From assembly GCA_944382025.1 (NCBI GenBank), contig CALWMQ010000047.1:1-29477 (forward strand): a stretch of DNA of 29,477 bases, in the 5' to 3' direction. The first letter of the stretch is position 1. Each line of letters begins with the position of its first letter. This document shows, one piece after another, positions 1 through 9,471 of the stretch. Position numbers and translations under genes: made by a program. Source of the DNA: an uncultured Clostridia bacterium. Its GTDB lineage: Bacteria; Bacillota; Clostridia; Oscillospirales; Acutalibacteraceae. Under the pieces are notes generated by a model. The model ran no database searches, was not told where the DNA came from, and was given only the letters and a program-made list of their open reading frames with translations.

Positions 1-366
1 CAGGACGTCGTCCTCACCCGCCAGGGGCCCCCCTGTCAGGGCCCCCGTAGCCAGGATGAAGCGTTTGCCGGCCGCCAGCTCCTTGCCTGCGGCCGCGCCA
101 AAAAAATCCCCCATAGGCAGTACCGACACTACCCTGCCTTCCCGGAACCGGACGCCCGCCTGTTCCGCCTCACGCCGCATCGCATCCAGCATCTGTCCGC
201 CAGACACACCCCGCATACCCATATAATTATCTACCTGACGGGCTTTATACAGGGGGTTCAAATGAATGTCATTGCCCAGCACCATACAGGATTTGCCCCG
301 GGCGGCGGCGTTGACCGCCGCCGACAGCCCTGCCGGGCCTCCCCCTACAATCAGGATGTCTACCAT
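1..366 (-). CDS. Thioredoxin-reductase-like NAD(P)/FAD-dependent oxidoreductase, 5' part (runs off the window start)
   Basis: Not in the ORF track because it has no stop in the window. Hand translation from ATG 366: MVDILIVGGGPAGLSAAVNAAARGKSCMVLGNDIHLNPLYKARQVDNYMGMRGVSGGQMLDAMRREAEQAGVRF...FILATGALTGGPLAGEDDVL. Shows the GxGxxG FAD motif, a DNYxG motif and ATGA; an AAGGAG RBS lies upstream. The CxxC active site would lie outside the window. Confidence 0.85.
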   Translation of the reverse strand, partial: MVDILIVGGGPAGLSAAVNAAARGKSCMVLGNDIHLNPLYKARQVDNYMGMRGVSGGQMLDAMRREAEQAGVRFREGRVVSVLPMGDFFGAAAGKELAAGKRFILATGALTGGPLAGEDDVL

Positions 367-431
367 CGTCCCTGTTCTCCTTTCGAAAGCCGTTCTGTTC
401 CAGTCTATGCCGGTATCCGCTTTTCAAGCCT

Positions 432-2621
432 TTACAGTCTGGCTTTTTTCAGCAGCATCGAGTTGGCCACCACGGACACCGAACTGAAAGCCATAGCGGC
501 GCCCGCCACAACCGGGCTCAGCAAACCCAGAGCAGCCACCGGAATCCCTACGCTGTTGTAAAAAAACGCCCAGAACAAATTCTGCCGGATTTTACGCATG
601 GTTGCCCGGGACAGCTTCACTGCCGTCACCAGCGGGCCAATTCCCGCTCCTACCAGTACGACGTCCCCGGATTCCATGGCGATATCTGTTCCGCTCCCCA
701 TGGCAAACCCTACATGAGCCGCCGCCAGTGCCGGTGCGTCGTTGATACCGTCTCCTGCCATCGCCACCGTATTGCCTTTCTGCTTCTCCGCTTCCACCAC
801 CGCAACCTTGCCTTCCGGCAGGACTTGGGCGGTCACTTCCTCTATGCCCACCTGAGCGGCAATCGCTTTCGCGGTCCGCGGGTTATCCCCGGTCACCATC
901 ATGCAGCGGATCCCCAGTTTTCTCAGCTCCCTCACAGCCGGCGCCGACGTGCTCCTTACCGGATCCGCTACCCCAATCATCCCGGCGGCTTTACCGTCCA
1001 CCGCAACCAATAGGACCGTTTTCCCTTGCTGTTCCAGCGTCTCCGGACAGATCACTCCTTCCGGGATGGGGAAAGAAACATGTCGTTCCTCCATCAGCCG
1101 GGCACTGCCTATCAGGAGCTCCCGCCCGTCCACCCGGGCCCATATGCCCCGGCCGGTATAAGACTGAAAATCCTCCGCTTGGGGCAAGGTACCGTCCACA
1201 CTGTCCGCTACCGCCCGGGCTACCGGGTGTTCTGACCGGCTTTCCGCTCCCGCCGCCAGATACAGCAGGTCTTCCTTCTTCCATCCGTCTAACGGCACCA
1301 CATCCGTCACCGCCGGTTTGCCTTGGGTCACCGTCCCGGTCTTATCCAAAATCACGACGCCGATTTTACAGGCTGTTTCCAAGGCGTCCGCACTCTTGAT
1401 CAGCACCCCCATTGTGGCGGCCCGGCCTGTCCCCACCATCAATGCCGTAGGCGTTGCCAAGCCCAAAGAACAGGGACAGGCGATGACCAGTACCGCTACG
1501 GCTCTGGAAATAGACTCCGCCGTATCCCCTATCAGCCAAAGGGATAACAGCAAGGTTGCCGCCGCTATCAGGATCACCGCCGGTACAAAAATCGCCGAAA
1601 CCCGGTCCGCTAACTTCTGGATCGGTGCTTTGGAGGACTGGGCCTCCTCCACCAGCTTGATAATACCCGCCAGCACCGTATCCCGTCCAACCCCGGTTGC
1701 CCGTACCGTCAGCGAACCCGACCCATTGACCGTACCCCCATATACCCGGGAACCTGCCTGTTTTTCTACCGGCATGCTCTCCCCGGTCAGCATGGATTCA
1801 TCCACTGTGGAACAGCCGGTCTCCACCACTCCGTCTACCGACAGGCTCTCCCCAGGGCGCACCACTACCATATCATCCTTCACGATCTCTGCCGCGGGAA
1901 TGGTTTCTTCCCGGCCGTCCCGCAGGACAGTCGCCGTCTTCGGTTGGAGATTCATCAGCATCTCAATGGCCGCGGAGGTTTTGCCCTGCGCCCGTATTTC
2001 CAGCAGCTTACCCAGCAGTACCAGGGTAATAACCACAACGGCCCCTTCAAAATACAGATGCCCGCCGTCAGTAAACACATTATACGCGCTGTACCCCCAG
2101 GCGGCACTGGTACCCAGAGCAACCAATACGTCCATGCTGGGGCTCCGGTTGAGTACAGACAGAACCGCCCCTTTGTAAAACCGCCATCCTACCACAAACT
2201 GTACCGGCGCGGAAACGATGATCTGCCACCAGCCGGTATGCAGCAGTTGGGTCAGGCGAGCATGGGGGGCCACAAACATCAATACCATCATCAGCAGGAA
2301 TGGAAGGCACAGCACAGCGCTTACCGCAAACAAAATTGTCAGTTTTCGCAGTTCCCGGCGGCGAAACGAGGCTTTATCCTCCACCACCCGATAACCGGCG
2401 GCCTTGACGGCTTTTTCCAGCGCTTTTCTATCCGCGCCCTCCCCGCTCAGAAGTACCCGGGCACGCTGGTTGGCATAGCTTACCTCCGCCGACGCCACAC
2501 CCGGCACCTGGCTCAGGGCATGCTCTACCGCTGCCGCGCACCGTACACAGCTCATTCCGCCAATCTGCAAGATGCATTCCTGACCGGCTTTACCGGCCCC
2601 GCTGGTCTTACGTTCCTCCAT
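432..2621 (-). CDS. copA: Copper-translocating P1B-type ATPase
   Basis: N-terminal HMA domain [36 protein letters not shown], and the YN and MxxSS Cu(I)-type signatures. Confidence 0.96.
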   Translation of the reverse strand: MEERKTSGAGKAGQECILQIGGMSCVRCAAAVEHALSQVPGVASAEVSYANQRARVLLSGEGADRKALEKAVKAAGYRVVEDKASFRRRELRKLTILFAVSAVLCLPFLLMMVLMFVAPHARLTQLLHTGWWQIIVSAPVQFVVGWRFYKGAVLSVLNRSPSMDVLVALGTSAAWGYSAYNVFTDGGHLYFEGAVVVITLVLLGKLLEIRAQGKTSAAIEMLMNLQPKTATVLRDGREETIPAAEIVKDDMVVVRPGESLSVDGVVETGCSTVDESMLTGESMPVEKQAGSRVYGGTVNGSGSLTVRATGVGRDTVLAGIIKLVEEAQSSKAPIQKLADRVSAIFVPAVILIAAATLLLSLWLIGDTAESISRAVAVLVIACPCSLGLATPTALMVGTGRAATMGVLIKSADALETACKIGVVILDKTGTVTQGKPAVTDVVPLDGWKKEDLLYLAAGAESRSEHPVARAVADSVDGTLPQAEDFQSYTGRGIWARVDGRELLIGSARLMEERHVSFPIPEGVICPETLEQQGKTVLLVAVDGKAAGMIGVADPVRSTSAPAVRELRKLGIRCMMVTGDNPRTAKAIAAQVGIEEVTAQVLPEGKVAVVEAEKQKGNTVAMAGDGINDAPALAAAHVGFAMGSGTDIAMESGDVVLVGAGIGPLVTAVKLSRATMRKIRQNLFWAFFYNSVGIPVAALGLLSPVVAGAAMAFSSVSVVANSMLLKKARL

Positions 2622-2642
2622 ACAGCCATCCTTCCCTTTGCT

Positions 2643-2876
2643 TTATCCCTTAACCACCGTATATCCAGCCTCGAATACCGTTTGGGCTAAAACCTCCGGC
2701 CCGGTTTTGGACGGGATATACTGCACTGTAGCGGCCTTATCCTCTAAGCTTACCTGAACTGACTTGACTCCCTTCACTCCCTTCAGGGCGTCAGACACCC
2801 GTTTCTGGCAATGGGCACAGCTCATACCGTCTATTTTCAATACAATAGTTTCTGTCTTGTCAAACATATCCTTCAT
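2643..2876 (-). CDS. copZ: Copper chaperone (HMA domain)
   Basis: 77 aa with GMSCAHC, immediately upstream of copA. Confidence 0.92.
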   Translation of the reverse strand: MKDMFDKTETIVLKIDGMSCAHCQKRVSDALKGVKGVKSVQVSLEDKAATVQYIPSKTGPEVLAQTVFEAGYTVVKG

Positions 2877-2905
2877 CCTTTCCCGCTTTTATTCTATCCT
2901 TCTTG

Positions 2906-2934
2906 AATATATACCTTTTTAGTATAATTTTCAA
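2906..2934 (-). promoter_or_regulatory. Sigma-A promoter of copZ-copA with a palindromic operator in the spacer
   Basis: Minus strand TTGAAA (2929-2934), 17 nt, TATATT (2906-2911). Inverted repeat TATAC-N7-GTATA at 2910-2926, flanked by CTTGAA/TTCAAG (2902-2907 / 2930-2935). Confidence 0.65.
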
Positions 2935-2997
2935 GTCCTTTACAGCTCTTCTCTCGAATTTTTCTTTCGGACTTTGGAACCATCCTGCTCTTATCTT

Positions 2998-3045
2998 CAA
3001 AAAAATCGGATTGGCCGTGCCGCTTACCCAATGGCACGGCCGTCC
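2998..3045 (-). terminator. Intrinsic terminator downstream of the membrane-protein gene
   Basis: GGCCGTGCC (3013-3021) / GGCACGGCC (3033-3041) stem followed on the minus strand by a run of 7 T. Confidence 0.7.
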
Positions 3046-3138
3046 GCCTCAGGAATGCCGCCGGCGCTGTTCCGCTTCGCCACCGCTCGGCACCTGCAAA
3101 ATTTATCCTGTGTCTCTCTCCGCCCCGCCGGCTGGGAC

Positions 3139-3726
3139 TTATACGTAATAGCCCCCTTCATCATATGAAACCGAGGGATTGCTTTCGGATTCTTCTGTAT
3201 ACCCCACCATCCGCAGCATCCCCCCCAGGGCTACGCACGCGACAAATCCAACCGTCACTGCCAAAGCGGCTATCCCCGCTGTCAAACGGCGGGAAGCGCG
3301 GGCTTCCCGGGTAGAAAGCGCCAATAGGATCCCCCGGATCAGAAAAGGCACGGGGAGAAGGGTCAACAGGACGATATTGATATTCGCCGCGTCATAACCG
3401 CCCTGGGTAAACTCGTTTCCTAACCCGCCGAACAGGAAAAACATCACAATGGAAGCCATAAGGTAAATCAGCCCCACGATCAGCAAAAACAGGGAATCCC
3501 ATATATGCTCCCGATAACGGCGGCTATAGGACCGGTAGGAATACACTGCGGTCCCGGTGCAGGCAATACCTGCCAGAAACAATACCATATTGGACTGGAA
3601 ATAGGATGGCTCCAGGCCTCCCTCCTTATGCATCCCCAACTGCAATCCTGTGGAAATGGCTGTCAAGATCACTGTAACCGCTAAGTAGGCCCACATTTTC
3701 CCAAAACGGCTTATGTTCATGGTCAT
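3139..3726 (-). CDS. Hypothetical multi-pass membrane protein (~195 aa)
   Basis: Several hydrophobic segments. Start moved to MTMNISRF (3726), which follows a GAAAGGA RBS. No family recognised. Confidence 0.7.
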   Translation of the reverse strand: MTMNISRFGKMWAYLAVTVILTAISTGLQLGMHKEGGLEPSYFQSNMVLFLAGIACTGTAVYSYRSYSRRYREHIWDSLFLLIVGLIYLMASIVMFFLFGGLGNEFTQGGYDAANINIVLLTLLPVPFLIRGILLALSTREARASRRLTAGIAALAVTVGFVACVALGGMLRMVGYTEESESNPSVSYDEGGYYV

Positions 3727-3875
3727 CCTGTCCTTTCCGTCCCTTTTGTCCGGGGGAACACCGCTGACAGCGGCGTTCCCCCGACTTTCTTCTCTGTAGA
3801 TCCCACTCCATCCCGGCTCCATGGCCGGATGCCTGTTCTATACCGTATAACCAGCCCGGTGTGCACGGACCCCTG

Positions 3876-5288
3876 TCATCCCTGAGGCTCCGCCCGGTGC
3901 CATTTGACTCCCTGGGGCGTATCTTCCAGCACAATATTCCGAGCCTTCAATTCATCCCGGATCCGGTCGGCCTCCGCCCAGTTTTTATCCTTACGCGCTT
4001 GGGTGCGGGCCTGGATCAGCGCTTCGATCTCCTCGTCCAGATTCTCGTCCTTACGGCTGTATAGCAGGCCTAGTACCCCGGTCAACTCGTCAAACAGGCC
4101 CAGAGCCGCCCCGCATAGAGGCTTGGAGGGATTCTCAGACGCTACCATGACGTTGATATCCTTCGCCAGTTCAAATACAGCCGCAATGGCATCCGCCGTA
4201 TTCAAATCGTCATCCATGGCCGCAATAAACTGTTCCTTCCGCTTTTCCAGCCGCTCCATGGTCTCCCGATCAGCGGACCCCGCCTCGTCCGGCGCATTGC
4301 TCATAGCAAACTCCAGCCCGCTGCGGCAGTTGTACAGCCGATCCAAAGCGGCCTTGCCCTGCTGGATGATCTCGGCATTGTAGTTGATGGGGCTGCGATA
4401 TGACGAGGAAATCAGGAAATACCGGATGGGTTCATAACCATACTGTTCCGCCACATCCCGCACTGTGAAAAAGTTATTCAGCGACTTGGACATCTTTTTA
4501 TTGTCAACATTGATATAACCATTGTGCATCCAGTACCGGGCAAAAGGAACCCCGTTACAGCATTCGCTTTGGGCAATCTCATTCTCGTGGTGAGGGAAAA
4601 TCAGGTCCTGCCCGCCGCAGTGAAGATCAATGGTTTCGCCCAGGTACCGGCGGGCCATGGCGGAACATTCGATATGCCATCCGGGACGGCCGTCGCTCCA
4701 GGGGGACGGCCAGGATGGCTCTCCAGGCTTAGCCGCCTTCCACAGGGCGAAATCCAGGGGATCCTCTTTTTCCTCCCCCACGCTGATCCGGGCGCCAGAC
4801 TCCAGATCATCAATGGGCTGGTGTGAAAGCTTACCGTATTCCGCATCCTTCCGTGTACGGAAATATACATCCCCGTTGGCGGCCCGATAGGCATAGCCCT
4901 TTTCCATCAGCCCCGAAATGATGGCAATGATCTCATCCATATTCTCGGTAGCCTTGGGGTGAACCGTTGCTTCCTTCACGCCCAGTCCCTTGGCGTCCTT
5001 CCAGAATTCCTGTATATACCGTTGGGAAATCACGTCATAGGTGACCCCTTCCTCATTGGCCCGGCGGATGATCTTATCATCAATGTCGGTAAAATTCTGG
5101 ACAAACCGGACCTCCAGCCCACGCCATTCCAGGTAACGCCGCAGCACATCAAACACACACAGCGGCCGGGCGTTGCCGATGTGGATATAATTATACACCG
5201 TCGGGCCACAGGCGTAAATCCGGGCTATCCCCGGCTGGGCCGGCACAAATTCCTCTTTGGTACGGGTCATGGTGTTATAGATTTTCAT
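3876..5288 (-). CDS. cysS: Cysteine--tRNA ligase
   Basis: CGPTVY, HIGN, DFALWK, GWHIEC, HHENE and KMSKS motifs. Confidence 0.98.
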   Translation of the reverse strand: MKIYNTMTRTKEEFVPAQPGIARIYACGPTVYNYIHIGNARPLCVFDVLRRYLEWRGLEVRFVQNFTDIDDKIIRRANEEGVTYDVISQRYIQEFWKDAKGLGVKEATVHPKATENMDEIIAIISGLMEKGYAYRAANGDVYFRTRKDAEYGKLSHQPIDDLESGARISVGEEKEDPLDFALWKAAKPGEPSWPSPWSDGRPGWHIECSAMARRYLGETIDLHCGGQDLIFPHHENEIAQSECCNGVPFARYWMHNGYINVDNKKMSKSLNNFFTVRDVAEQYGYEPIRYFLISSSYRSPINYNAEIIQQGKAALDRLYNCRSGLEFAMSNAPDEAGSADRETMERLEKRKEQFIAAMDDDLNTADAIAAVFELAKDINVMVASENPSKPLCGAALGLFDELTGVLGLLYSRKDENLDEEIEALIQARTQARKDKNWAEADRIRDELKARNIVLEDTPQGVKWHRAEPQG

Positions 5289-5353
5289 TGATATTGGCCA
5301 TCCTTTCCTGCTTTACCTGATATCATACGCCATCCTGGCTGGTATACCGTCCT

Positions 5354-5998
5354 TCATCCCTGCCCGTTGGGATCCAACTCCTTCAGGCGGGACTCCAGCA
5401 CATCAATCTTGTGTTCCAACCGGCACAGTTCCTGAGCCACCGGGTCCGGGATATGGACCTGATCCAGATCCACAATCTTCGCCCCATTGCGTCGTACCAC
5501 ACGGGCCGGCACCCCTACCGCGGTAGAATTATCCGGGATATTATCCAACACCACCGCACCGGCCGCTACCCGTACATTGTCGCCAATCCGAATAGGCCCC
5601 AGTACCTTCGCCCCTGCCCCTACCATCACATGATTTCCAAGAGTCGGGTGACGCTTGCCTTTATCCTTTCCCGTCCCTCCTAAGGTTACTCCCTGATAAA
5701 TGGTGCAGTCATCGCCGATTACCGTGGTTTCGCCAATCACCACCCCGGTACCGTGGTCGATAAACAGGCGGCGCCCGATCTGGGCGGCGGGATGGATCTC
5801 AATATTCGTGTGGCGTACACACCGCTGGGATATCCACCGGGCAAGAAATTTCAAATGGTGCCGGTAACACCAGTTGGCCTTGCGGTGGGAACGCACCGCT
5901 TTATAGCCATTATACAGCAGCATAACCTCCAGGGATGACCGGGCTGCCGGATCCCGCTCCCGGATAACCGCGATGTCTTCTTTCATGCGATCAAACAT
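5354..5998 (-). CDS. cysE: Serine O-acetyltransferase
   Basis: EIHPAAQIGRRLFIDHGTGVVIGET, GVTLGGTGK and RHPTLG hexapeptide region; AAGGAGG RBS. Confidence 0.97.
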   Translation of the reverse strand: MFDRMKEDIAVIRERDPAARSSLEVMLLYNGYKAVRSHRKANWCYRHHLKFLARWISQRCVRHTNIEIHPAAQIGRRLFIDHGTGVVIGETTVIGDDCTIYQGVTLGGTGKDKGKRHPTLGNHVMVGAGAKVLGPIRIGDNVRVAAGAVVLDNIPDNSTAVGVPARVVRRNGAKIVDLDQVHIPDPVAQELCRLEHKIDVLESRLKELDPNGQG

Positions 5999-6115
5999 GA
6001 AAACAGCCTCCTTCTTTTATCATGAACCAAATCAGCCGGAAAATCAACCTTTTTCTTTTTCGGGGACGCCGAACCAACATGAGCGATCACCCTCCGGAAT
6101 GTGCCGCCGACCGGG

Positions 6116-6420
6116 AAACTGACAAAAACACCTCCGCAGTTCCCGGGATATACCGGAAGCTACGGAGGTGTTTGTCACACGGTTCCACTCCTGATTTCAC
6201 TCACCGAGACCGGCACTGTCCTTTCCTTCCAGTCTCGAACCGGGTAACGGCGGCAGCCGTCCGGGCATTTCCTCCCGGATTCCCATGCGCCCCACAATGG
6301 AGGAACGCCCAATGCCGGAACGCAATTTCCCCGGTTTTTCCGTCAAAAACGCTTGCAGCCTCTGGCGTTTTCTCTCTGCCGGCGGACATCTGTCGAGTAC
6401 TTCTTCCGGTCTGGGAATCT
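6116..6420 (-). promoter_or_regulatory. Cysteine T-box riboswitch leader of cysE-cysS
   Basis: Minus strand: stem I with GAAGTA and an AGAGA...GCTG apical motif; specifier loop GAAAT-TGC (Cys codon, 6322-6324); T-box AAATCAGGAGTGGAACCGTG (6178-6197); terminator hairpin ACAAACACCTCCG...CGGAGGTGTTTTTGT (6120-6177). Confidence 0.93.
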
Positions 6421-6433
6421 TTCCTATATGACC

Positions 6434-6462
6434 ATTATAGTAAATATCGCAAAAAAATCCAC
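6434..6462 (-). promoter_or_regulatory. Putative sigma-A promoter for the T-box leader
   Basis: Perfect TATAAT at 6434-6439 just upstream of stem I. The -35 at 17 nt (GTGGAT) is a poor match. Confidence 0.5.
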
Positions 6463-7055
6463 TACTTTTTTTCATCGGTCAGATGGCGGCGGTTCCGCCA
6501 CACATACTGGAACCCTGAAATCACTGTCAGCACCACCGAAACCCATATCAAAGCCCGGCCTACAGTCAAAGGCACCGAGAAAACGGAATCCTGCAGAGCA
6601 CTTCCCGCCAGCAGACCGGTCTGCCAGGTGGAAAATTCCAGCGCCGCAATCATGAAAATAATCGCCGCAAACTGAGCCACTGTTTTGGCCTTGCCCCACA
6701 GATTAGCGGCAATGACATTCCCATCCTTGGCGGCAACCAGACGCACCGAAGTGACCATAAATTCCCGGCTGAGGATAATCATCACAGCCCAGACATCCAG
6801 GTGGCCGGAAGCCAAAAAGCCAAGAAAGGCAGCAGTAGTCAGCATTTTATCCGCTAAGGGATCCAAAAATTTCCCCAGGTTGGTGACCAGGCCCTGTTTT
6901 CTGGCGATTTTCCCGTCGAAAAGATCAGTCAGGGCCGCTGCGCCAAAAACCAGGCCTGCCGTCACATAATGGAATGGAAATTCCAGCATCAGCAGCAACA
7001 GGAAAAGCGGTGCCAGCACAATACGCACCAGTGTCAATTTATTGGGAAGATTCAT
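6462..7055 (-). CDS. pgsA: CDP-diacylglycerol--glycerol-3-phosphate 3-phosphatidyltransferase
   Basis: MNLPNKLT start (7055); TDLFDGKIAR...GKFLDPLADK CDP-alcohol phosphotransferase motif. Confidence 0.96.
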   Translation of the reverse strand: MNLPNKLTLVRIVLAPLFLLLLMLEFPFHYVTAGLVFGAAALTDLFDGKIARKQGLVTNLGKFLDPLADKMLTTAAFLGFLASGHLDVWAVMIILSREFMVTSVRLVAAKDGNVIAANLWGKAKTVAQFAAIIFMIAALEFSTWQTGLLAGSALQDSVFSVPLTVGRALIWVSVVLTVISGFQYVWRNRRHLTDEKK

Positions 7056-7149
7056 TTCGGGAAGACACACCTTTCCGCCGCGGCACCAGTCCTGGACACG
7101 GGCCAGTGTCGGTATTGTCGTAACACAAAGCCGCGATACGCTTGCAGGA

Positions 7150-8475
7150 TCAGGCTCTTTCTCCAATCAGGTCCCAATCCATGACATCGGTAATTTTTAC
7201 CTTGATCAGATCTCCCGGCTGTACCCGCGTTTTGGTGGTGAAGAACACTTTGCAGTCGATATCCGGCGCGTCCGCGGCCGAACGGCCGAACCAGTACTCC
7301 GCATAGCGGTCGAAGCTCTCCACCAGCACCTCCACCGTCTGCCCTACACGGGATTGATTGTACGAGTCGCTGATATGGGCCTGGGCCTCCATCACAATAT
7401 CCCGCCGCCGGTTTTTTACCTTTTCAGGCACCTGATCCGGCAGGGTAGACGCCACTGTTCCCTCCTCCGGGGAAAAGGCGAAACAGCCCAGCCGCTCAAA
7501 CCGGATTTCCTTGATGAACTCACACAGAGCGGCAAAATCCTCCTCATCCTCCCCGGGAAACCCGGTCATCACGGTGGTACGCAGCACAATGCCAGGTACT
7601 TTCTCCCGGATATGCCGGAACAGCCGGGTCAGGCTCTCCCGATCACCCGGGCGGTTCATAGCCGCCAGCACCTTGCCGCTGGCGTGCTGGATGGGAATAT
7701 CCAAATAGTTGACGACCTTATCCTGACGGGCTATCACATCCAGCAATTCTTCCGTGATATGCTCCGGATAGCAGTACAGCAGCCGGATCCAATGCAGTCC
7801 CTCTATTTCACACAACCGGTCCAGCAGTTGGGGCAGCAGGGATTTCCCTTGAAAATCGGTGCCATACAGGGTAGTATCCTGGGCCACCAGAATCAGTTCC
7901 TTGACGCCCCGGGCAGCCAGGTCCTCGGCCTCCGCTACCACGCTGTCCATGGTCCGGCTGCGCATGCCTCCCCGGATCAGCGGTATGGCACAATACGTAC
8001 AGCAGTTATTGCAGCCATCGCCTATCCGCAGATAGGCAAAAAAATCGGGTGTCGTCAGCAGCCGGTCCCCATCCAGCTTCCAGCAGCTTCTGTCCGGGAA
8101 AGACACCACCTTCTGACCGCCTGTCACCTGGCGAACAGCCTCCGCAATGTCCCCATTGGCACCCAGGCCCAGAACCCCATCACATTCCGGCAGTTCCTGA
8201 ACCAGTTCATCCTGATACCGCTGGGCCAGACAGCCGGTAACAATGATCTTTTTGATCTGCCCTTCCTTCTTCAGCTGGGCGAATTCCAGTATATTGTCAA
8301 TGGATTCCTTTTTCGCGTCCTCAATAAAGCCGCAGGTGTTGACGATCACCACATCCGCCAGGCCGCTTTCAGCAGTGATCTGGAATCCTGCCGCTTTCAG
8401 CTTGGCCAGCATCAATTCCGCGTCCATCTGGTTTTTGGGACACCCCAGGGATACCATTCCCACTTTCACAGCCAT
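7150..8475 (-). CDS. rimO: Ribosomal protein S12 methylthiotransferase
   Basis: SLGCPKNQMD N-terminus, radical-SAM CNNCCTYC motif, DIPIQH and C-terminal TRAM-like region; next to pgsA. Start moved to MAVKVG (8475). Confidence 0.94.
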   Translation of the reverse strand: MAVKVGMVSLGCPKNQMDAELMLAKLKAAGFQITAESGLADVVIVNTCGFIEDAKKESIDNILEFAQLKKEGQIKKIIVTGCLAQRYQDELVQELPECDGVLGLGANGDIAEAVRQVTGGQKVVSFPDRSCWKLDGDRLLTTPDFFAYLRIGDGCNNCCTYCAIPLIRGGMRSRTMDSVVAEAEDLAARGVKELILVAQDTTLYGTDFQGKSLLPQLLDRLCEIEGLHWIRLLYCYPEHITEELLDVIARQDKVVNYLDIPIQHASGKVLAAMNRPGDRESLTRLFRHIREKVPGIVLRTTVMTGFPGEDEEDFAALCEFIKEIRFERLGCFAFSPEEGTVASTLPDQVPEKVKNRRRDIVMEAQAHISDSYNQSRVGQTVEVLVESFDRYAEYWFGRSAADAPDIDCKVFFTTKTRVQPGDLIKVKITDVMDWDLIGERA

Positions 8476-8509
8476 CTGTTTTACCAAGCCCTTCTTTCCA
8501 GCCGCGTGT

Positions 8510-9154
8510 TTATTCCGCAAGATCATCCTGCAGTTCCAGATCCATAGCCCGGAAGGCGCGGCGGATATCCTCATACCCAAAGCCATAACGGGCCATAGCG
8601 GCCGCTGTCTTACGGCGTTCCTCGGGGGTATGAAGCTTATTATAATATTTTTTCCTCAGCAATTCAAGTGCCAGCTGTTCATCAGAGTCCGGAAGTATCT
8701 CCACCGCTTCCCTGGCGGTATCCCGGTCAATCCCTTTCATTTGCAGCTGCTGCAGGATCCGCCGCTTGGGAAACAGCCGTCTTTGGCAGTCCTGGGCCAA
8801 CCGCCGGGCGTATGCCTCATCATTGACCAGCCCTAATTCCTCCATACGGCCGGCGGTTTCTGCCGCCGCCTTCTCCCGCCCGGGCTGGATCCGCCCTTTT
8901 TCCCGCATCAGCTTCTCCTCCAGCCCTTTCCGGGAGTAATCCCGCTGGGACAGAAGATACAGGGCCTTTTCCCGAACCCGGTTCCGGCACGACTCTTCCA
9001 GCAGCTGATCCATTTCCTGCTCTGACAGGGATGACCCTACCCGATACGGTGACTCCTCCCATGTCCGCCGATCCACCTTCACCTGCTCCTCGCCGTCCAA
9101 TTCCAGCTCTACCAGTTGCCCTCGGCGGATATGCGCCTGTGTTACCCTCTTCAT
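8510..9154 (-). CDS. recX: Regulatory protein RecX
   Basis: KALYLLSQRDYSRKGL, GLVNDEAYA, LQMKGI and RYGFGYE three-helix repeats; downstream of recA. Confidence 0.9.
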   Translation of the reverse strand: MKRVTQAHIRRGQLVELELDGEEQVKVDRRTWEESPYRVGSSLSEQEMDQLLEESCRNRVREKALYLLSQRDYSRKGLEEKLMREKGRIQPGREKAAAETAGRMEELGLVNDEAYARRLAQDCQRRLFPKRRILQQLQMKGIDRDTAREAVEILPDSDEQLALELLRKKYYNKLHTPEERRKTAAAMARYGFGYEDIRRAFRAMDLELQDDLAE

Positions 9155-9237
9155 ATTGGGTCTTCCTTCCCCTGCGTTTTCAGTATTTGTCTCTTCTCCA
9201 TCTCCGTCAGAACTAAGGAAACGGTGTGATCCAGCAT
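9151..9237 (-). CDS. Candidate 28-aa small protein overlapping the recX start
   Basis: MLDHTVSLVLTEMEKRQILKTQGKEDPI*; GAGG lies 8 nt before the ATG; its TGA overlaps the recX ATG (ATGA). No homology evidence. Confidence 0.3.
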   Translation of the reverse strand: MLDHTVSLVLTEMEKRQILKTQGKEDPI

Positions 9238-9427
9238 ACCACCGCCCTCTTCACCGCCTCCATAATCAAAAACCCCGCCGTTTAAAAGTTTCTTTGGCAG
9301 CTAAGGAAAATTCACACAAATCCGTCCGGTACCTGCCCAGCTAGCCAGCACTATGGGCAATCGTCCCGGCCAATCGTATTTTTCCCGACTGTCTCCGCCT
9401 TCACCGCGCAACGTTCCGCCAAGCCCA

Positions 9428-9463
9428 AAGCAAAAGTCCGGCAAAGAGTGTGCTCCTTGCCGG
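9428..9463 (-). terminator. Intrinsic terminator after recA
   Basis: Minus strand CCGGCAAGGAG-CACA-CTCTTTGCCGG (9438-9463) followed by ACTTTTGCTTT. Confidence 0.65.
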
Positions 9464-9471
9464 GCTCCTGT

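Noticed and set aside
2903-3168. Plus-strand ORFs upstream of copZ as a possible copper regulator
   Set aside because: No CsoR, CopY or MerR features; they span the promoter and terminator.
3751-3783. GTTCCCC-containing palindrome reminiscent of a type I-E CRISPR repeat
   Set aside because: Single copy, no spacers, no cas genes in the window.
7042-8547. 501-aa plus-strand ORF antisense to rimO
   Set aside because: No recognisable motifs or RBS. Long antisense frames are expected opposite GC-rich genes with biased codon use.
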